Positions 1-8,196 of a stretch of 24,179 bases of DNA are shown here, one piece after another. The position numbers and the translations under genes were made by a program. This stretch comes from Candidatus Iainarchaeum sp. (GTDB taxonomy: Archaea; Iainarchaeota; Iainarchaeia; Iainarchaeales; 0-14-0-20-30-16). The stretch's first letter is position 1. Every line of letters begins with the position of its first letter. Below the pieces are notes generated by a model. It saw only the letters and a list, made by a program, of their open reading frames with translations. It did no database searches and was not told the origin of the DNA. Location: NCBI GenBank assembly GCA_028710695.1, contig JAQTTP010000011.1, positions 1-24,179 on the forward strand, in the 5' to 3' direction.

Positions 1-828
1 CTATTAGAGGGCATGATGAAGAGAATTTGGAAAGATATAAAGGGAATAAACTTAAAAGTCCCTTTCCCAAGAATGAAATACGATGAAGCAGTAAAAACTT
101 ATGGTTCTGATAAGCCAGATTTACGTTATGAAATGAAATTCATTGTTAGAAATAATGATGAAGTTTGCTTTTTGGCAGACCTTAACAAAGAAGTTCTAGA
201 ATATTTAAAAGGCCAGAATAAAGTAAAATTCGCAGTCAGTGGAACCCAGTTAAAAGTTTACATTCCAAAACCAGAAAAAGATTACATTTACACCCCATAC
301 ATTGAGCTTGGTGCTACAAGAGCAAAAATTGGGAGCATCTTAGGCCTAAACAAGGGCGAAGACAAATTCTTATGGGTAACAGAATTCCCAATGTTTGAAT
401 ATTCTGAAACAGACAAAAGATATGTTGCTGCACACCACCCATTTACACAACCAGATGACATAAATAAGCCAATTGAAGAAATGAAAAGCAGGGCTTATGA
501 CTTAGTTTTAAATGGATTTGAATTGGGTGGAGGAAGTATAAGAATCCACAACGAAGAGATGCAGAAAAAAATATTAAAATTATTAAAGATTTCTGATGAA
601 GATGCAAAAGATAATTTTGGTTTCTTGTTAAATGCATTTAGCAAAGGAGTTCCACCACATGGCGGTCTAGCAATTGGCCTAGATAGATTAGTAATGCTTC
701 TTTGTGGCGCAGATTCTTTAAGAGAAGTTATTGCATTCCCAAAGAACAAGAACGCAGAGGGATTAATGGAAGGCTCTCCATCAAAGATAGAAAAAGACAA
801 ACTAAAAGATTTGGGGCTTAAACTTTAG
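1..828 (+). CDS. aspS: Aspartyl-tRNA synthetase, C-terminal portion (5' end outside the window), bacterial-type
   Basis: Frame 1 is open from base 1, so the listed ATG at 13 is internal. Class II aaRS signatures are present: FPRMKYDEAVKTYGSDKPDLRY, FLWVTEFPMFE, HHPFTQP, YDLVLNGFELGGGSIRIH (motif 2 region), GVPPHGGLAIGLDRLVMLL (motif 3) and REVIAFPK. Confidence 0.9.
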   Translation, partial: LLEGMMKRIWKDIKGINLKVPFPRMKYDEAVKTYGSDKPDLRYEMKFIVRNNDEVCFLADLNKEVLEYLKGQNKVKFAVSGTQLKVYIPKPEKDYIYTPYIELGATRAKIGSILGLNKGEDKFLWVTEFPMFEYSETDKRYVAAHHPFTQPDDINKPIEEMKSRAYDLVLNGFELGGGSIRIHNEEMQKKILKLLKISDEDAKDNFGFLLNAFSKGVPPHGGLAIGLDRLVMLLCGADSLREVIAFPKNKNAEGLMEGSPSKIEKDKLKDLGLKL

Positions 829-1919
829 TTTAATTCTTCAAATCCTTCTTTTGTTACTATTTTCATAATATGTTCTTTTTCGGTTATTCTTCCGTTTTCA
901 TCAAACTGTATATTATCATTTGATATTCCATTATAACTTATGTCATGCAAGAATTTAGCATAATTTGTGTCTTCATTTTCTAAAGCCAGTTTAGCCAGAT
1001 AAATAGAATCATATGCATGTGCCGCAGATGGCGCAGGATAATTTCCAAATTTATCCAAATATTTGTTTATAAATTTCTGTTCATCAGAACTTTTTTTTGG
1101 ATAAGGATAAATTATTCCTTCAATTTCAGAAAACAATTCTTTTAGTACTGGATTCTCTGTGTTTGTACTTGAGTATAAGGGAATATTCACTCCTGCCTGC
1201 TTATATTGTTTCACAAATTCTCCAAAGTTTGGATAAAAAGCAAGCGGGGCATAAACCGCTTCTGGACTTATTTGTTTTATTTTTTGTACTACAGTTTTAA
1301 AATCTACTTCATCCGGAGCAGTTGCAATTTTTTCAACAATTTTTATTTCTTTTTCTTTTGCAAACTTTTCAAAATTCTTTGTAATAGATTCTGACCAATC
1401 GTTCAAACTATAAACTATTAATACTTCTCCAACATTCTGATCTTGAAAATAATCAGCTAATGCTTTGGTCTCCCCTGATTCTGTTGGCCAAACTGTAAAG
1501 AAATAATAAGATGGCATTGGTACAACACCCGCAGATTGAGAAATTATTGTTGTTTTTGTTTCTTCTGCAATTGGACTTACAACTTGTCCAAACCAGGTAG
1601 GGCCTACAATCAAATCTAATTCATCTAATTCTATTAATTTCTTAAACGCTTTAGTTGTTTGTGTAAAATCTGTTTGAGAATCTTCAACAACAAGCTCTAA
1701 AGGTTTTCCATTTATTCCACCGGAAAGATTAATTTCATCTACTGCAAGCAAAGCTGCGTTTTTTTCTGTTTCACCCCAAAAAGACCCGGAGCCAGTTAAA
1801 TGAAATACGGCCCCCACTTTTACTGTGTCTTGCCCTTTTATACTTACAAATAATATTACCATTACTAAGGCCAAGGCAATTATAATACTAAATAGATATT
1901 TTAATTTCAAAAAAACCAC
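825..1919 (-). CDS. Membrane-anchored or secreted solute-binding protein, LivK-like (branched-chain amino acid / Peripla_BP_6 type)
   Basis: N-terminal hydrophobic anchor (LFSIIIALALVMVILFV). This is followed by VKVGAVFHLTGSGSFWGETEKNAALLAVDEINLSGGINGKPLELVVEDSQTD, typical of the Leu/Ile/Val-binding protein family. The listed start is GTG at 1919. An in-frame TTG at 1910 sits 5 nt after an AGGTGG SD-like motif and may be the true start. Confidence 0.75.
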   Translation of the reverse strand: MVFLKLKYLFSIIIALALVMVILFVSIKGQDTVKVGAVFHLTGSGSFWGETEKNAALLAVDEINLSGGINGKPLELVVEDSQTDFTQTTKAFKKLIELDELDLIVGPTWFGQVVSPIAEETKTTIISQSAGVVPMPSYYFFTVWPTESGETKALADYFQDQNVGEVLIVYSLNDWSESITKNFEKFAKEKEIKIVEKIATAPDEVDFKTVVQKIKQISPEAVYAPLAFYPNFGEFVKQYKQAGVNIPLYSSTNTENPVLKELFSEIEGIIYPYPKKSSDEQKFINKYLDKFGNYPAPSAAHAYDSIYLAKLALENEDTNYAKFLHDISYNGISNDNIQFDENGRITEKEHIMKIVTKEGFEELN

Positions 1920-2006
1920 CTAATATTTTCTGATCCAACCCCAAATATAATGTCTTATTCTCCCAAAAAGGAGAAAATATATAGTTTTCTATCATATAGT
2001 AAATAT

Positions 2007-2744
2007 ATGTTAGATAAATTGATTTCTTTTGGCCTTACAAAAACCCAGGCAGAAATATATTTGTATTTACTCAGAAAAGGCAACTCTACGACCGGCCCAA
2101 TAATAAAAAGTACGGGAATATCAAATTCAAGAGTTTATACTGCTTTAGAAGAGCTCATAAAAAAAGGACTTGTATCCTACAATATACAATCAAACGGAAA
2201 ACATTTTTATGCAGAAAACCCAGAAAAGTTCTTAGATTTAGAGCAAGAAAAACAAAAGCAAATGGAAGACATAATTCCTGATCTAAAAAAAATGATTGGA
2301 AAACAGCCAGATTCCACAAGCTACGCAGTATTTGAAGGGATAGAAGGAACAAAAACCGCATTCAAAAGAATTTTAGAAGATTGTCCAGTAGGGGCAACCA
2401 TTTACGTCATTGGATTTTCAGAGCAAAACTATGGGGTAAGATCATTGAGAACAATAATTTCTAAATCACATAAAAGACACATAGAAAAAAAACATATTGT
2501 AAAGATACTGCTTGACTCAAAAATTAAGGGCCAGCCTATAGCAAAGGAGAGAGAAGTAGAGCCAATAACAGAAGTAAGATATATGCCCAAAGGGTACACA
2601 AGTCCAGCAGCAATAGATATTTTTGAAGATCAGGTTTACATTTTCTTGTGGGGCGAAAAGCCATCAGTATTTATGATTAAAAACAAAGAAGTGGCAGAAT
2701 CATTTAAACATTATTTTAAGTTCCTGTGGAGTTTAGCAAAATAA
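2007..2744 (+). CDS. TrmB-family transcriptional regulator
   Basis: N-terminal winged HTH (LTKTQAEIYLYLLRKGNSTTGPIIKSTGISNSRVYTALEELIKKGLV) plus a C-terminal effector-like domain. I prefer the ATG at 2007 (MLDKLISFG...) over the listed 1950, because an ATATATA element at 1977..1983 is centred about 27 nt upstream, consistent with a leaderless start. Confidence 0.75.
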   Translation: MLDKLISFGLTKTQAEIYLYLLRKGNSTTGPIIKSTGISNSRVYTALEELIKKGLVSYNIQSNGKHFYAENPEKFLDLEQEKQKQMEDIIPDLKKMIGKQPDSTSYAVFEGIEGTKTAFKRILEDCPVGATIYVIGFSEQNYGVRSLRTIISKSHKRHIEKKHIVKILLDSKIKGQPIAKEREVEPITEVRYMPKGYTSPAAIDIFEDQVYIFLWGEKPSVFMIKNKEVAESFKHYFKFLWSLAK

Positions 2745-2753
2745 GGTTTTATA

Positions 2754-3293
2754 TTGGGGGGTGATTTTGTAGATAAACTTACAATAAAGAAAGCAAAGAA
2801 AAGTGAATCTACAAAATACAACAACCTAGAAAAAATAATTTTCAAAGACAGTTATTACACAAAAATAAATTATACTCTAACACATAGCAAAATTACAGAA
2901 AAAGACTATTTTATAAATTACAACTCCAAAACAATTGGCACTCTGTCAATTGGAAATTCAATAGAATTTGGCGGAAAGTTTGGAATCGGCATTGTAGGAT
3001 TAAAAAAAGAGTTTAGAAACAAGGGCATAGGAAAAAAAGTTATTATTCTTTGTAAAAAATTCGCAAAAAAAGAAAAAGAAACACAAATATTTTTATCCGT
3101 ACCTTTGTTAGACAACGAAACAATTTCTATTTTTGAAAAACTCGGTTTTAAAAAGCACCATATAGAAACAAATATTCAATATAAAGACGGAACAAAATTT
3201 CTAAGATGTAGAAATGATCAACTAAAACATTTAATCTTAACTACTAACGATTATAAAAAACTAGGGTGGCAAATAATGTGCTCAGAAGTTTAG
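2754..3293 (+). CDS. GNAT-family N-acetyltransferase-like protein (divergent)
   Basis: TTG start. GNAT motif A-like FRNKGIGKKVIILCKKFAKK and C-terminal SIFEKLGFKK. The N-terminal half is not recognisable. Confidence 0.55.
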   Translation: MGGDFVDKLTIKKAKKSESTKYNNLEKIIFKDSYYTKINYTLTHSKITEKDYFINYNSKTIGTLSIGNSIEFGGKFGIGIVGLKKEFRNKGIGKKVIILCKKFAKKEKETQIFLSVPLLDNETISIFEKLGFKKHHIETNIQYKDGTKFLRCRNDQLKHLILTTNDYKKLGWQIMCSEV

Positions 3294-3302
3294 GTTTTAC
3301 AA

Positions 3303-3815
3303 CTAAAGTAATTTCCCAAATACATAAACATCCAGATACTTTCCATCATCAGTAAGCAAAGCTTTTCTTTTTGTGCCCTCTAATTTGAACCCGCATTTCT
3401 CTGCCATTCTTATGGAACCAATATTCTTTACTACAACTTCTGCTTCTGCCCTTTTAAAGCCTTTCTTTTTTGCCTGTTCTAAAGCGTACTTTAACAATTT
3501 AGTTCCTATTCCTTGACCTTCAAACCCAGGATAAACACCCCAGCCAAAACCAACTATATGTTTCTGCCTACCAGTCTTTCTAAAACTATAACTTAGTTGT
3601 CCAACAACTTTTTTGGTTTTTTTGTCAATTGCAATAAACATTTTGAATGTTGAATTTTTTGGAGACAAACGATCAAGTAGTTGTTTATATCTTTTAGAAG
3701 TATATTTATTGCTTCCAGTATAAATCCAAGTTTTTTGTTTTAATCCTTGTTTTGAAACTTCTGCAATTCCTTTTGCATCGTCCAGTCTTGCTTTTCTAAT
3801 AGTTACAGAAATCAT
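3303..3815 (-). CDS. GNAT-family N-acetyltransferase
   Basis: IRKARLDDAKGIAEV, the acetyl-CoA binding motif FEGQGIGTKLLKYALEQAKKKGFKRAEAEV, and NIGSIRMAEKCGFKLEG. Confidence 0.8.
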   Translation of the reverse strand: MISVTIRKARLDDAKGIAEVSKQGLKQKTWIYTGSNKYTSKRYKQLLDRLSPKNSTFKMFIAIDKKTKKVVGQLSYSFRKTGRQKHIVGFGWGVYPGFEGQGIGTKLLKYALEQAKKKGFKRAEAEVVVKNIGSIRMAEKCGFKLEGTKRKALLTDDGKYLDVYVFGKLL

Positions 3816-3876
3816 ACAAAATAAAGTATAACAAATAATAAAAATACAGTCTATAAATCAACAAAAAGATTAGTTT

Positions 3877-4533
3877 TTAAGGCTCACGGATAACATTATT
3901 AAAATAACTAGAGCAATAATAATTATGCAACATATTTATATCTTTCTTATCTAATGGTTTTATTTTCTTGTTTATGCACAGGATGTGATAATTAAGTTTT
4001 GCTATTTCTTCTAAAGCAATTGCTTTTTTTACTACTTCGCCTGGAGACATTCCAAATATTAATGCCCCATGTCGTTCAAGAAGCATCGTCTCTTGGCCTG
4101 ATGCTATTGCAGCCATACCAATATTAGATAATCTATGATTTACATAAGGCATACAAAAGACTTCGGTCCCAAAATAGTCTGCCTGTAATGTTGTCAAAAT
4201 TTTCAGGGGTTTATTCAAACTACTCATAACAGTAGTAAAGTGAGCATGGGTATGTAATATGCAGTTAATCTTTTTCTTGTTTTTGTATATTTCTATATGC
4301 ATATCTAAATCAGAAGATGGCTTTTTTCCTGAAACCAGTTTACCAGACAAATCTACTATTGATATATCTTTTGTTTTAATTTCAGAATATGCAAAGCCAC
4401 AAGGCTTTATTGCAATCAGGTTATTAGATAACCTTATGCTTATATTTCCTGAAGACAATATTTCTATATTTTTGTCGTCAAGTATATGTATATATTTTGT
4501 TAAATCTTGTTTTTTAAAGACTATTCTTACCAC
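3877..4533 (-). CDS. Class II aldolase/adducin-family protein, closest by motif to L-ribulose-5-phosphate 4-epimerase (AraD-like)
   Basis: SSGNISIR, IAIKPCGFAYSEI, KKPSSDLDMHIEIY, metal-binding ILHTHAHFTT, LQADYFGTEVFCMPY, LLERHGALIFG. GTG start. Overlaps the upstream hydrolase gene by 20 nt. Confidence 0.8.
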   Translation of the reverse strand: MVRIVFKKQDLTKYIHILDDKNIEILSSGNISIRLSNNLIAIKPCGFAYSEIKTKDISIVDLSGKLVSGKKPSSDLDMHIEIYKNKKKINCILHTHAHFTTVMSSLNKPLKILTTLQADYFGTEVFCMPYVNHRLSNIGMAAIASGQETMLLERHGALIFGMSPGEVVKKAIALEEIAKLNYHILCINKKIKPLDKKDINMLHNYYCSSYFNNVIREP

Positions 4534-5227
4534 CTAATAAATCAGTTATTGTTTTATCATCCATTTTTATTGAGTGCCCACCAGATTTAGTAACTATTTG
4601 GGGGGAATATTTACCAATTATCGCATCTATCTCTTCTTTTAAGATTGCAGGGTCTTCCTTTGCAACAACTAAAAACAAATTAGTTTTTGTTTGGGGGAGT
4701 TTTACTTTTTTTAAGTCTGCAACTGTTCTTTTTGCATCTATTCTATATACTTGTGGATATGCCCTTTGCAAAAATTCAAATGTTTTCTGTATATTTTCGC
4801 CTTTTTTGTTATTTATATGTTGGGCAGGGTCTATAAAAGGACAAATTAAAATAGTTCTATTTACTTTTACGGATTGTAATATAGCCGGTAATGCCCCATA
4901 ACTAAAACCCAGCAAAAATACAGGGTTTCTTGCCCAAGTTATTTTTTTATTCGCATAAAGCTCTTTTGCCTGCCCTTTTTTAACTAATCTAATAGCTTGT
5001 TCTATGCTTTTTGTTGAGTTTTTTATGTTAAAGACACCATTACTTTCCCAAGTTCCAGGATAACGTGGAATAAATAAATTATATCCCAACCGAGCCAGTT
5101 GTTCAACAAGAGGGTGATATTTATCAAAATATTGTGGCATACCCGGTGCAACAACAACATTACCTTTATTCCCATTAAGCCAAATGCTCATCAAAATATC
5201 TTTTTCTATAATTCTAAATTCAACCAT
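4514..5227 (-). CDS. Alpha/beta-fold hydrolase
   Basis: Nucleophile elbow GFSYG (G-x-S-x-G), candidate acid in VVAKEDPAI and candidate His in SGGHSI. I prefer the ATG at 5227: GGTGA lies 5 nt upstream, and the start is 1 nt after the upstream TAG stop. The listed TTG is at 5239. Confidence 0.65.
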   Translation of the reverse strand: MVEFRIIEKDILMSIWLNGNKGNVVVAPGMPQYFDKYHPLVEQLARLGYNLFIPRYPGTWESNGVFNIKNSTKSIEQAIRLVKKGQAKELYANKKITWARNPVFLLGFSYGALPAILQSVKVNRTILICPFIDPAQHINNKKGENIQKTFEFLQRAYPQVYRIDAKRTVADLKKVKLPQTKTNLFLVVAKEDPAILKEEIDAIIGKYSPQIVTKSGGHSIKMDDKTITDLLGGKNSL

Positions 5228-5228
5228 A

Positions 5229-6461
5229 CTATTCACCAAAATAAATGTTTTTTAATTCAAATAACATATTATATTCAGATAGTGACAAGTTATTATTCTT
5301 TACTATCTTCCAGCAAATGTTAACGTAATTTTGCATAGACTCAAATGCTGCAGACAACTTGAAATTATTTACTGCATTATTAAATAGATTAATTTGCACA
5401 GCCAAATCTTGTCTAATTGATTCATTATTTTTATCCTTATTTGTTTGCAATATTTTTTTAAGTTTTAAATATATTTTTAATAAATCTCGCGTCTGCAATT
5501 GCAGTTTTGATGGATCTATAACCTTATCCTGATTAATATTATGTTTCAAAAAATAAGCTCGCAAAATTTTGTTATTAATGCCTTTAAATAATTCTTTTTG
5601 AGACCCATCGTCTTTTTGCCATTTTAATTTTTTTCCATCTGGACCTAATAAAAGGCCATGCGATACAATTTTTGTAGGGCAGTCATTATTATTAAGGTAA
5701 CATAGAGAATAATAATCAAATTTTTTTATAACATCCCCATGTATCCAAACTCTTTTTGTATATTTGTGACTACAAAGAATTGCAGGAAGCATTATGGCAG
5801 CAAACCGCGGATCCAAATTAAATCCATTATATTCTATTGTATAGGCCCTATTTTTTTCTAAAATAAGGTCATAAGTTTCAGGTAGAGAAAATACAAAGGT
5901 TTTTAGTTTTTGCCTGATACAGTTAGGAAAAAATGCTATTGTGGCCATTTTTCTCTCAATAGTTTTTCTATTTATCTTTTTAAAAAGACTAGTTTTTGTT
6001 TGAGAAATTAGGGGGCGATTACATTTTTTACAAGAACAGATAGTTGGGTCTGAGCCATATATATTACCACAACTACTACATTCTATTATATTTGTTTGCC
6101 CCACAGTTATTGAATCTTTGTATGTGGTTTTAAACAACCGAACCAAATTTTTTTTGATTTTATCGTCTCTAACAATATAATCAAAGGACAAATAATGATT
6201 TTTTAAATCTTTTTTTATTTGTTTTATGGCAAGCAAGATATATTTTTTTATATTGTCTTTTGTAGGGGCTTTATTTTCAAAGGTAATTTGCTTAATTAAT
6301 GGTTCACCATTAATATTCAACAGAAAAGGAGCAAATACCTTTATTCCTGCAAGTCGCCTGGCTTTTGCATAAAAATCAGCAATTGTTAAATCATAAATAT
6401 TTCCCACACTTAGGCCTTTTTTTATCTGAGTTGGTGCAATAATAATTATTTCAGAATCCAT
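5229..6461 (-). CDS. Methionyl-tRNA-synthetase-like class I aaRS paralog with degenerate HIGH and KMSKS motifs
   Basis: Collinear with the MetRS layout. IIIIAPTQIKKGLSVGNIYDLTIADFYAKARRLAG corresponds to the P-x-x-N-G-x-x-H-L-G-H region, with SVGN in place of HLGH. Zn-knuckle cysteines are retained (CSSCGN...CSCKKCN). HGLLLGPDGKKLKWQKDDGS has KLKWQ in place of KMSKS. LRAYFLK is followed by a helical C-terminal domain. I prefer the ATG at 6461 (MDSEIIII), which has GGAGT 7 nt upstream, over the listed 6554. Confidence 0.6.
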   Translation of the reverse strand: MDSEIIIIAPTQIKKGLSVGNIYDLTIADFYAKARRLAGIKVFAPFLLNINGEPLIKQITFENKAPTKDNIKKYILLAIKQIKKDLKNHYLSFDYIVRDDKIKKNLVRLFKTTYKDSITVGQTNIIECSSCGNIYGSDPTICSCKKCNRPLISQTKTSLFKKINRKTIERKMATIAFFPNCIRQKLKTFVFSLPETYDLILEKNRAYTIEYNGFNLDPRFAAIMLPAILCSHKYTKRVWIHGDVIKKFDYYSLCYLNNNDCPTKIVSHGLLLGPDGKKLKWQKDDGSQKELFKGINNKILRAYFLKHNINQDKVIDPSKLQLQTRDLLKIYLKLKKILQTNKDKNNESIRQDLAVQINLFNNAVNNFKLSAAFESMQNYVNICWKIVKNNNLSLSEYNMLFELKNIYFGE

Positions 6462-7224
6462 TTGTTTTACTCCGCTTTTTAAAGGCAATATAGTCTTGGA
6501 ATATTCTTTTATCCAAATAAGTAAGAAATTCATATGCAACTTCAACATCCTCATCTGTAATGTTTATTGGCCTATTTACTTTTATCTGCAAAAATTTTTC
6601 TGGGTTTATAGGGGGTTCAAAAATATCGTAAAATGCTTTGAGAGCCGTTTTCTTATCTAAAGGATATATTTCTTTTGTTGCAAGAGCATATAATGCCCCA
6701 TATATGCACCATTTCATCATGAGTATTCTGCCGTCTTGGTCCAAATTCTTGTTAATTAGTAACTTTCTTGCTTGATAATTAAGAGAATTTATCACCCTTA
6801 CTGCCTCAATAATTATTTCTGATTTTGAAAATTTTGTTGACTTAAAATAGTTTTCTCCAATCAATTGATTACCATATAGTTCTATTTCTTTTTGCATATA
6901 TAGTCCACGGTTATTATGCCAAAAGACTTCTTTTCTTATTGCTGGCACATCGTCACAACTATGGACATTTATATCAGTTATAACCCCTTTTTCGGCATAT
7001 TTCTTTTTTATTTTCTTCAGCTTTTTTAATAAACTAATATCTGGCTTTTTAATAACTAATAATATATCAAAATCGCTTTTTATACAAAAATCTTCATTCA
7101 ATGTACTACCATAAACAGTTGCACTAAGTATTTGATCTTTTAGATCAGTTAGTAGATCTTGTTTTATATCCTGCAAAATTTTCTCTCTATTGCTTTTGTT
7201 TTTTATCTTTAGATCTAAAGTCAT
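6451..7224 (-). CDS. Pol-beta-superfamily nucleotidyltransferase with a C-terminal helical domain (KNTase/ANT-like architecture)
   Basis: Minimal NTase signature YGSTLNEDFCIKSDFDILLV (G-S ... D-x-D), followed by about 150 aa predicted helical. I prefer the ATG at 7224 (GAGGA 5 nt upstream) over the listed TTG at 7236. The 3' end overlaps the MetRS-like gene by 11 nt. Confidence 0.7.
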   Translation of the reverse strand: MTLDLKIKNKSNREKILQDIKQDLLTDLKDQILSATVYGSTLNEDFCIKSDFDILLVIKKPDISLLKKLKKIKKKYAEKGVITDINVHSCDDVPAIRKEVFWHNNRGLYMQKEIELYGNQLIGENYFKSTKFSKSEIIIEAVRVINSLNYQARKLLINKNLDQDGRILMMKWCIYGALYALATKEIYPLDKKTALKAFYDIFEPPINPEKFLQIKVNRPINITDEDVEVAYEFLTYLDKRIFQDYIAFKKRSKTNGF

Positions 7225-7344
7225 TATAATCCTCAAAATAAGCCATTCCTAAGGCAAAATTGCCATTTTTATATTTTATGGAGAGAATATATTTTTAAAG
7301 AGATGTAACTAAGTAGTTGCGATTACTCTATTTAAAGAAGAATT

Positions 7345-8181
7345 TTATGTTTTATTGTTTATTTTCTGCAGATATTTACCTAATTTATAATAAACCCATT
7401 TCTGATTTGGGAAATGTGCTTGTTTTAACAAGCCATTAAAAGAAAGCCATTTATAAGCTATATGTTCATCACTTAATTTTAGCTTTTTTTCTTTTGTAGT
7501 TGCGGCAAAATGAGTTACATATGCTTTTCTTAGGCCCCCTTTACTAACATAAGTATGCATAGTAACAAAATATTCATTTTTAAGATCATAATTAGTAATT
7601 CCTGTTTCTTCCATTATTTCTCGTTTAACTGTTTCTGTTGTTGTTTCCCCTTCTTCTGTTCCGCCTTTGGGAATATTCCAATAAACTTCATCCTCAAGAT
7701 TATGCCTAAGAAGTAAAAACTTTTTTAGATTTGGATTATACAATAAAGCCCCGGCACCATTTCGAATACAAAAATCACTGGCTTTTTCCAAAAGTTCTTG
7801 CCTATTTAAAATTTTTCTAGAATATATTAAATTTCCGGCATTCTTTTCAGTTATTATTTCAAAATAGTTTTTAGAAATTCCAAAACCAGCAATATGCCAC
7901 AATTGTGTTAACTCGTCTAATAGTTTTTGTGGGCTCTTTTTAGATAAATATTTGTTTAGATCTTTATCTTTAACAAAAATCAGCTCTAATGGTTCTTTTA
8001 CTGTTTTTAGCAAAGTTTTTATTTTTTCTTTCGTATTATTTTCTGACAACACAATTAATAGTTTTAGTTTATTAAGATTTATTTCATTATAAAGAACATT
8101 TGCAGATGAAAAATCCAGCCTATTATTCATCAGAGTTTCTTTTATTTTTTCAAATGCAGAAAAATAGGAAATATAATCCAT
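7345..8181 (-). CDS. Nudix hydrolase with an unrecognised N-terminal domain of about 140 aa
   Basis: Complete Nudix box GGTEEGETTTETVKREIMEETGI (G-x5-E-x7-R-E-x2-E-E-x-G-U) in the C-terminal half. The N-terminal half has no motif I can name. Confidence 0.8.
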   Translation of the reverse strand: MDYISYFSAFEKIKETLMNNRLDFSSANVLYNEINLNKLKLLIVLSENNTKEKIKTLLKTVKEPLELIFVKDKDLNKYLSKKSPQKLLDELTQLWHIAGFGISKNYFEIITEKNAGNLIYSRKILNRQELLEKASDFCIRNGAGALLYNPNLKKFLLLRHNLEDEVYWNIPKGGTEEGETTTETVKREIMEETGITNYDLKNEYFVTMHTYVSKGGLRKAYVTHFAATTKEKKLKLSDEHIAYKWLSFNGLLKQAHFPNQKWVYYKLGKYLQKINNKT

Positions 8182-8196
8182 AATCTAAATCACTCA

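Noticed and set aside
443-800. Antisense ORFs 443..637 and 495..800 inside aspS
   Set aside because: They lie opposite a strongly supported synthetase frame. They have low-complexity composition and no motifs, so they are shadow ORFs typical of AT-rich DNA.
1097-1394. Plus-strand ORFs 1097..1300 and 1206..1394
   Set aside because: They are antisense to the well-supported solute-binding protein gene. Their F/L/K-rich sequence is consistent with a shadow frame.
3877-4533. Methionine-salvage link (MtnB-like dehydratase next to the MetRS-like gene)
   Set aside because: The motifs (KPSSD-like KKPSSDLDMH, LQADYFG) fit the AraD epimerase branch better than MtnB. No other salvage genes are present.
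2155-5323. Other listed short antisense ORFs (2155..2361, 2918..3115, 4259..4537, 5099..5323; also 11584..11901, 13490..13777, 15789..15980, 20617..20802, 21030..21230, 22773..22973, 23917..24108)
   Set aside because: Each is nested opposite a motif-supported gene and lacks any start-site context. I treat them as non-coding shadows.
5229-6554. N-terminal extensions of listed ORFs (for example 6554 vs 6461, 15109 vs 15055, 21553 vs 21502, 22761 vs 22719, 22756 vs 22801, 1950 vs 2007)
   Set aside because: The downstream ATGs have an SD motif at 5-8 nt or a TATA-like box at about -27, and they remove implausible overlaps with the upstream gene. The extensions add no recognisable sequence.
7253-7264. 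GGCAAAATTGCC as an intrinsic terminator
   Set aside because: As a hairpin the loop would be only 2-4 nt with a 4-5 bp stem. It is more plausibly a palindromic protein-binding site or a chance occurrence, so it is mentioned only under the operon finding.
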